Below are positions 6,204 through 10,138 of a stretch of DNA of 10,138 bases, piece by piece. The position numbers and the translations under genes are program-made. The notes beneath the pieces are model-generated. The model was not told where the DNA came from. It saw nothing but the letters and a program-made list of their open reading frames with translations, and did no database searches. The DNA is from an uncultured Oligoflexus sp. (GTDB taxonomy: Bacteria; Bdellovibrionota_B; Oligoflexia; Oligoflexales; Oligoflexaceae): contig CAXSGP010000137.1 in the NCBI GenBank assembly GCA_964236955.1, forward strand, positions 1-10,138, in the 5' to 3' direction. How positions within the stretch are numbered: the stretch's first letter is position 1; every line of letters begins with the position of its first letter.

Positions 6204-7715
6204 ATGCGCACTTACCAAGGCATTTTTCTATGTTGGGGTGTGCTTGCTCAGGCAAGCCAAGCTTGGGCCTTCGTACAGACGGAAGCTCCCTTTCCCAGCG
6301 AAACGCCTGCTACGGCCCCTTCTGGAGCCCTTAAGGCACCGCGGGCTGTGACACTGCCTTCACCTTCGTCTTTGCCTTCACCTGCGGCCGATGAAACGGC
6401 CCCGGCCCCCACCAGCACGCAAGCCCCTTTAGCTCCAAACAATTCAATGTCCCCCAGCACAACGGCTAAAGGCGCTGCGATTCGTAAAGGCAAGCGCCGC
6501 GAACCTAACGATTCGATTTTGAAACGACGGGGAACGGTGGATCCCAATGTGGCGATTGTTGGTGAAGCCCAGACTTTACCAAAAAATGTCATTCGCATTC
6601 GGTACATCCTCCAGAACGCGCAAGCCGACAAAGGCTACGACAGCGCCGGTAAGGAATACCAGGCGGGTATCTCCCTCAATGCCCTGGGTCATGCCTTCGT
6701 CGCTGAATACGGCCTTAGCGATCGTTTGGTCTTTCAAATGATCACGCCTTTTACCGGCAAAAATTCGCTGACCATTAACGCCAATGAATTCAAAAAGAGT
6801 CAGGGCTATGAAAGGGAATATCAAAAACTCGTCGATGCTGTGACCCCTACCCTAATCGCCAATGGGAAATGCCAGACTGCGGAGCAATGTCGCACGGCCA
6901 TCGATAGCGGACTCGCCCTTGGCATCGCCACTCCTATTGAACTTCCTTCCGGCGAAAAGGCTACCGTCGGTGCCAACATTCCAATTAACGCGGCGATGGA
7001 TAGCATCATTCTCAAGGCCATTGAACCGGGCGAAGGCAAAACCGGCGTTGGCGATATTCAATTCGGACTTGGCTATAACGTCTATTCCAGTCAGCGCAAT
7101 ATGCTGACGCTCGGACTTGGCCTTCGCGTGCCGACCGGCGCTTACACTAACGTGGCAAGCGCCTATCGCCCGCTTGGAAGCGGCTTTATTACGTCTGCCT
7201 ATCTGCTAAAATACGATCTCCGTTTTCGTCCCATCATCTTCTCTCTCAGTCACCAGATGGAGTATAGCCTGACGAAGGCCAAACTCTCACGTTCCAGTCT
7301 TATCAATCCCAAATTCCTAAATGATGAAGATCCCACCAGCGATGACCCCGAGATCGCAGGGGCCGGCGATGGGGTGCCGAATGCCGGAATAGTCGAACGC
7401 AAAGGCGTTTATCATGAAGGTTTTGCACGCGTGGCTTTTGCCCTTGGGGCCTTAACCCGTTACTTAAAGCCCGCAGCTGTCTACGCCTATGGTGGCTGGA
7501 GTATCGATCCCGAATATCATAATCTTGGGCATCTCTATCTGAAAAAGCGTGAGCTTTATACGGCAAGCTATGCCATGAGTCTGGATGGATTATATTTGGA
7601 TTCCCACATTCCACTCAACCTTCACTACAAACACGACATTGCGATAGGGGGGCGCAATGCGCTCGTCGCTCCGTCGGTCGATACTTTTCAACTGAGCGCC
7701 TACTATAAATTTTAG
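6204..7715 (+). CDS. Outer-membrane beta-barrel protein, COG4313 / Phenol_MetA_deg 'transporter'-like (~503 aa)
   Basis: ATG 6204 follows a GAAGGGAAGGG purine tract. Signal peptide ends AWA. Family-like motifs GVGDIQFGLGY, LGLRVPTG, LGSG. Amphipathic strands and C-terminal beta-signal FQLSAYYKF. Confidence 0.7.
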   Translation: MRTYQGIFLCWGVLAQASQAWAFVQTEAPFPSETPATAPSGALKAPRAVTLPSPSSLPSPAADETAPAPTSTQAPLAPNNSMSPSTTAKGAAIRKGKRREPNDSILKRRGTVDPNVAIVGEAQTLPKNVIRIRYILQNAQADKGYDSAGKEYQAGISLNALGHAFVAEYGLSDRLVFQMITPFTGKNSLTINANEFKKSQGYEREYQKLVDAVTPTLIANGKCQTAEQCRTAIDSGLALGIATPIELPSGEKATVGANIPINAAMDSIILKAIEPGEGKTGVGDIQFGLGYNVYSSQRNMLTLGLGLRVPTGAYTNVASAYRPLGSGFITSAYLLKYDLRFRPIIFSLSHQMEYSLTKAKLSRSSLINPKFLNDEDPTSDDPEIAGAGDGVPNAGIVERKGVYHEGFARVAFALGALTRYLKPAAVYAYGGWSIDPEYHNLGHLYLKKRELYTASYAMSLDGLYLDSHIPLNLHYKHDIAIGGRNALVAPSVDTFQLSAYYKF

Positions 7716-8683
7716 ATTGGAATCCTTTGCCAGAAATCCCGCATATCATCGGGAAGCGGGCATTTCACTTCGTACACCTTGCCATCTTCCGGATGCCGAA
7801 AGCTTATGCCATGCGCGTGCAGGAGGCAGCGAAGGTGACCCGTTTTTTCAATGATGCGATCGGTGATGCCGTTGACAAACCAGTCCAGAAAAACCTCTTC
7901 GTCGGGATAGAACAGCCTGTCGCCGACCAGATGATGCCCGGCATAGGCGGAATGGATGCGGATCTGATGGGTTCGCCCGGTTCGTGGCCTCGCCCTCAGC
8001 ATCGAATAATCACCGCGCCGCGCCATAAATTCAAAATGGGTCTCTGACGGCAAGCCGTTAGGGGTAACCCATTTTTTTATGCGAATCTCACTTGCCGCTA
8101 ATTCCCCGATCGCACCGTTTTCTATCCAAGTCTTATGCCCCGGCGCACCATGGGCGATCGCCACATATTCCTTTTGCATCGTCCGATCAGAAAGGGCGAG
8201 CGAGAGGTTTTTCCGCACCTCATAGGTCGCACCGCACAGCACAATGCCTGAGGTCTCGCGGTCCAGTCGATGCACGGCGGCCCATTCCGGACCAAGCTCG
8301 GTCTTTAAAAGCTCGGCAAAAGTATTTTTTTTATAGGCGCCATTCTCATGCATAGGCAGCGGGGCGGGCTTGAAAACAGCCATAACCGCGCCAACGCGCC
8401 AAATAGGATAGATATCACGATTGACTTCGGGCTCAACGGTCGGGGGATGATAAAAACAAAGGCGCTGCCCCAGGCGCAGCCTGTAGGCTCGGTCCACAGC
8501 TACGCCATCTATCAAAATTTCCTGATTGTTCAGCCGCTTGACCCAGGCCGAACGCGATAGAAAGGGGAAGTTCTTGGCAAGATAAAAGTCGGCTCTCTCG
8601 CCTACTTTTTCCGCAATAATGGGTCTTCCGAGGGAGCGAAAGCTTGAGTCTTCTTCTTGATTTTGCTCTGGACTTTTGCTCAT
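7712..8683 (-). CDS. RluA/RluC/RluD-family RNA pseudouridine synthase with N-terminal S4-like domain (323 aa)
   Basis: R-x-D...SRS S4-like segment, VFKPAPLPMH, catalytic HRLDRETSG, TGRTHQIRIH, GDRLF, LLHAHGISFRHP. The exact paralogue cannot be assigned. Confidence 0.93.
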   Translation of the reverse strand: MSKSPEQNQEEDSSFRSLGRPIIAEKVGERADFYLAKNFPFLSRSAWVKRLNNQEILIDGVAVDRAYRLRLGQRLCFYHPPTVEPEVNRDIYPIWRVGAVMAVFKPAPLPMHENGAYKKNTFAELLKTELGPEWAAVHRLDRETSGIVLCGATYEVRKNLSLALSDRTMQKEYVAIAHGAPGHKTWIENGAIGELAASEIRIKKWVTPNGLPSETHFEFMARRGDYSMLRARPRTGRTHQIRIHSAYAGHHLVGDRLFYPDEEVFLDWFVNGITDRIIEKTGHLRCLLHAHGISFRHPEDGKVYEVKCPLPDDMRDFWQRIPI

Positions 8684-8746
8684 TTGCCTTTAGAGTGGGA
8701 AAGCTTGAGGTTTATATCGTTCGCCAGGAGAAGCTCTTAGCACAAT

Positions 8747-9214
8747 ATGGTTGAGAATGGAATCAAAGTCATAAGTAGCAATAAGAAGGCTTTTCACAAC
8801 TACGAAATTGGGGAGAAGTGGGAAGCCGGCATTGCGCTTAAAGGGACCGAAGTCAAAGCCCTCCGTGATGGGCGGGTGAATCTTAGCGATGGTTGGGTGA
8901 ATATAAGCGATGGGCTCGAAGCCGTCTTGATGGAAGTCCAGATTGGGCACTATACCTTTGGTAACATCATGAACCACGAAGAACGACGCAATCGAAAGCT
9001 GCTGCTCCATGCCCAGGAGATCGGCAAAATTGCAAAAGCCATCAAACAAAAAGGCTTAAGCGTCGTGCCGACCAGGATCTATTTCAAAGGCAGCTATATT
9101 AAAGTTGAGATCGCGATAGGTCGGGGTAAAAAAACCCACGATAAACGGGAAGCAAATAAGACCAGTGATGCCAACCGTGAGATCGCCAGGACAATGCGGG
9201 CCCGCAGTAAGTAA
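8747..9214 (+). CDS. smpB: SsrA (tmRNA)-binding protein SmpB (155 aa)
   Basis: NKKAFHNY, EAGIALKGTEVKALR, RKLLLH, GKK-x-x-DKRE and a basic C-terminal tail. Confidence 0.98.
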   Translation: MVENGIKVISSNKKAFHNYEIGEKWEAGIALKGTEVKALRDGRVNLSDGWVNISDGLEAVLMEVQIGHYTFGNIMNHEERRNRKLLLHAQEIGKIAKAIKQKGLSVVPTRIYFKGSYIKVEIAIGRGKKTHDKREANKTSDANREIARTMRARSK

Positions 9215-9255
9215 GAGTTTCCTCCTCGCCTTGAGCGCCCCGGCTCGACCCAAAC

Positions 9256-10137
9256 TCAGGGCGCTTTGACAGGAACCGCTTTTTTTTCTTTGATCACATC
9301 GATCTTTTTCACTTCATCGATAGACTCAACCCACCAGAGCTCTTTTACAACGTCGCTGGCAACATCGGCTACCAGTAGAATGAGGCCGTGATCGCGACTG
9401 AAGCGTGCGCTGCTAAAATAGGCACCTTCAGGGGCCTTGTAGGCCTTGCTCAAATCTTTGCCTGTATAATATAAGACCTGCCTGAGGCTCTTACGGGTGC
9501 GCTCATCTTTGCCTAGCAATAAGACCTGGGAGCCAGAAAAATTGATGCGGGCGGCGAGACCATTGGCACTGAACCCGGGCGGAAGATTGATGTCGAAGGT
9601 ACGGAATTCATTGCCCGACCATTCTTTGATCATACTGATTTGGAGAGTTTTATCGGCGTTTTTGGCTTGTATTATGCCAAATTTTCCACCCTGCTGCACG
9701 AGCCGCATGCCTTCCTTGAGCCTTAGGGTGGAGTCAGCCACTTTTTTGTTATTGATCATGTGCGAAAGTTCACGCGTCTTGGGATTGTAGCTATAGATTC
9801 CCACTGGGGGCGAGCCCTTGACGTAGAGTGGTCGAACATCAGGAGGAAAGGATTCCAGAGTGCGTTTTTGCAAGGAAACAAGATCGATATCTTGAATGAG
9901 ACCCCTGTCTAAATCGGCAAGATGTCCGCTGACGTCCCCTTCCACATATGCGTAGTTGCCTAAGGGGTAAGAGGGTTTCACTTTTTGTTCAAGCCACTTT
10001 ATGGCCGTTCCCAGCGTTTTGCCCTCACCGCAATCGGGACGGCCAGCGGAAAAATCAAGAATGGAAATGGCCTCAAGGCTGCGACCAAAGCCAATGAGGG
10101 TCGACGCCTTGCTGCCTCGAAAACCAGCCAGACGCCT
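9256..10137 (-). CDS. Hypothetical protein, 5'-truncated; beta-rich, possibly propeller-like
   Basis: The frame of the 241-aa ORF stays open to the window edge (RRLAGFRGSK...KWLEQKVKP). Short beta-strand/turn patterns such as INFSGSQVLLL and ARFSRDHGLILL. Confidence 0.75.
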   Translation of the reverse strand, partial: RRLAGFRGSKASTLIGFGRSLEAISILDFSAGRPDCGEGKTLGTAIKWLEQKVKPSYPLGNYAYVEGDVSGHLADLDRGLIQDIDLVSLQKRTLESFPPDVRPLYVKGSPPVGIYSYNPKTRELSHMINNKKVADSTLRLKEGMRLVQQGGKFGIIQAKNADKTLQISMIKEWSGNEFRTFDINLPPGFSANGLAARINFSGSQVLLLGKDERTRKSLRQVLYYTGKDLSKAYKAPEGAYFSSARFSRDHGLILLVADVASDVVKELWWVESIDEVKKIDVIKEKKAVPVKAP

Positions 10138-10138
10138 G

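Noticed and set aside
8690..9049. 119-aa ORF antisense to smpB, and the other short nested ORFs in the track
   Set aside because: Shadow frames of confidently assigned genes, without independent coding signals.
9195..9206. Perfect 12-bp palindrome TGCGGGCCCGCA
   Set aside because: Inside smpB coding sequence, single copy, no loop; compatible with chance.
9215..9266. Possible terminator stems and a minus-strand AGGAGG between smpB and the last gene
   Set aside because: Stems have 18-19-nt loops and no real U-tract; no start codon follows the AGGAGG.

Overview
Gene-dense bacterial chromosomal window of roughly balanced GC. The gene content would fit a deltaproteobacterium-like or Bdellovibrionota/Oligoflexia genome, but that is inference only. 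Order: a 5'-truncated hypothetical protein (+); a 260-bp convergent intergenic region; Mrp/ApbC Fe-S carrier ATPase (-), divergent from glutaredoxin 3 plus a coupled exported TPR/gluzincin metallopeptidase (+); a large alpha/beta-hydrolase-fold lipoprotein (-), divergent from a COG4313-like outer-membrane beta-barrel (+); an S4-domain RluA/RluD-family pseudouridine synthase (-), divergent from smpB (+); and a 5'-truncated hypothetical protein (-). No mobile element, CRISPR array, tRNA or rRNA was seen. Two candidates stand out. (1) An orphan sigma54-type promoter, with an IHF-like AT tract and an upstream palindrome, points at a ~135-nt self-pairing, CU-rich non-coding segment: a candidate unannotated small RNA. 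(2) A lipoprotein hydrolase with Gly in place of the nucleophile Ser is paired head-to-head with a putative hydrophobic-molecule channel: a candidate capture-and-uptake system. All structure and family calls were made by eye, without folding software or database searches.
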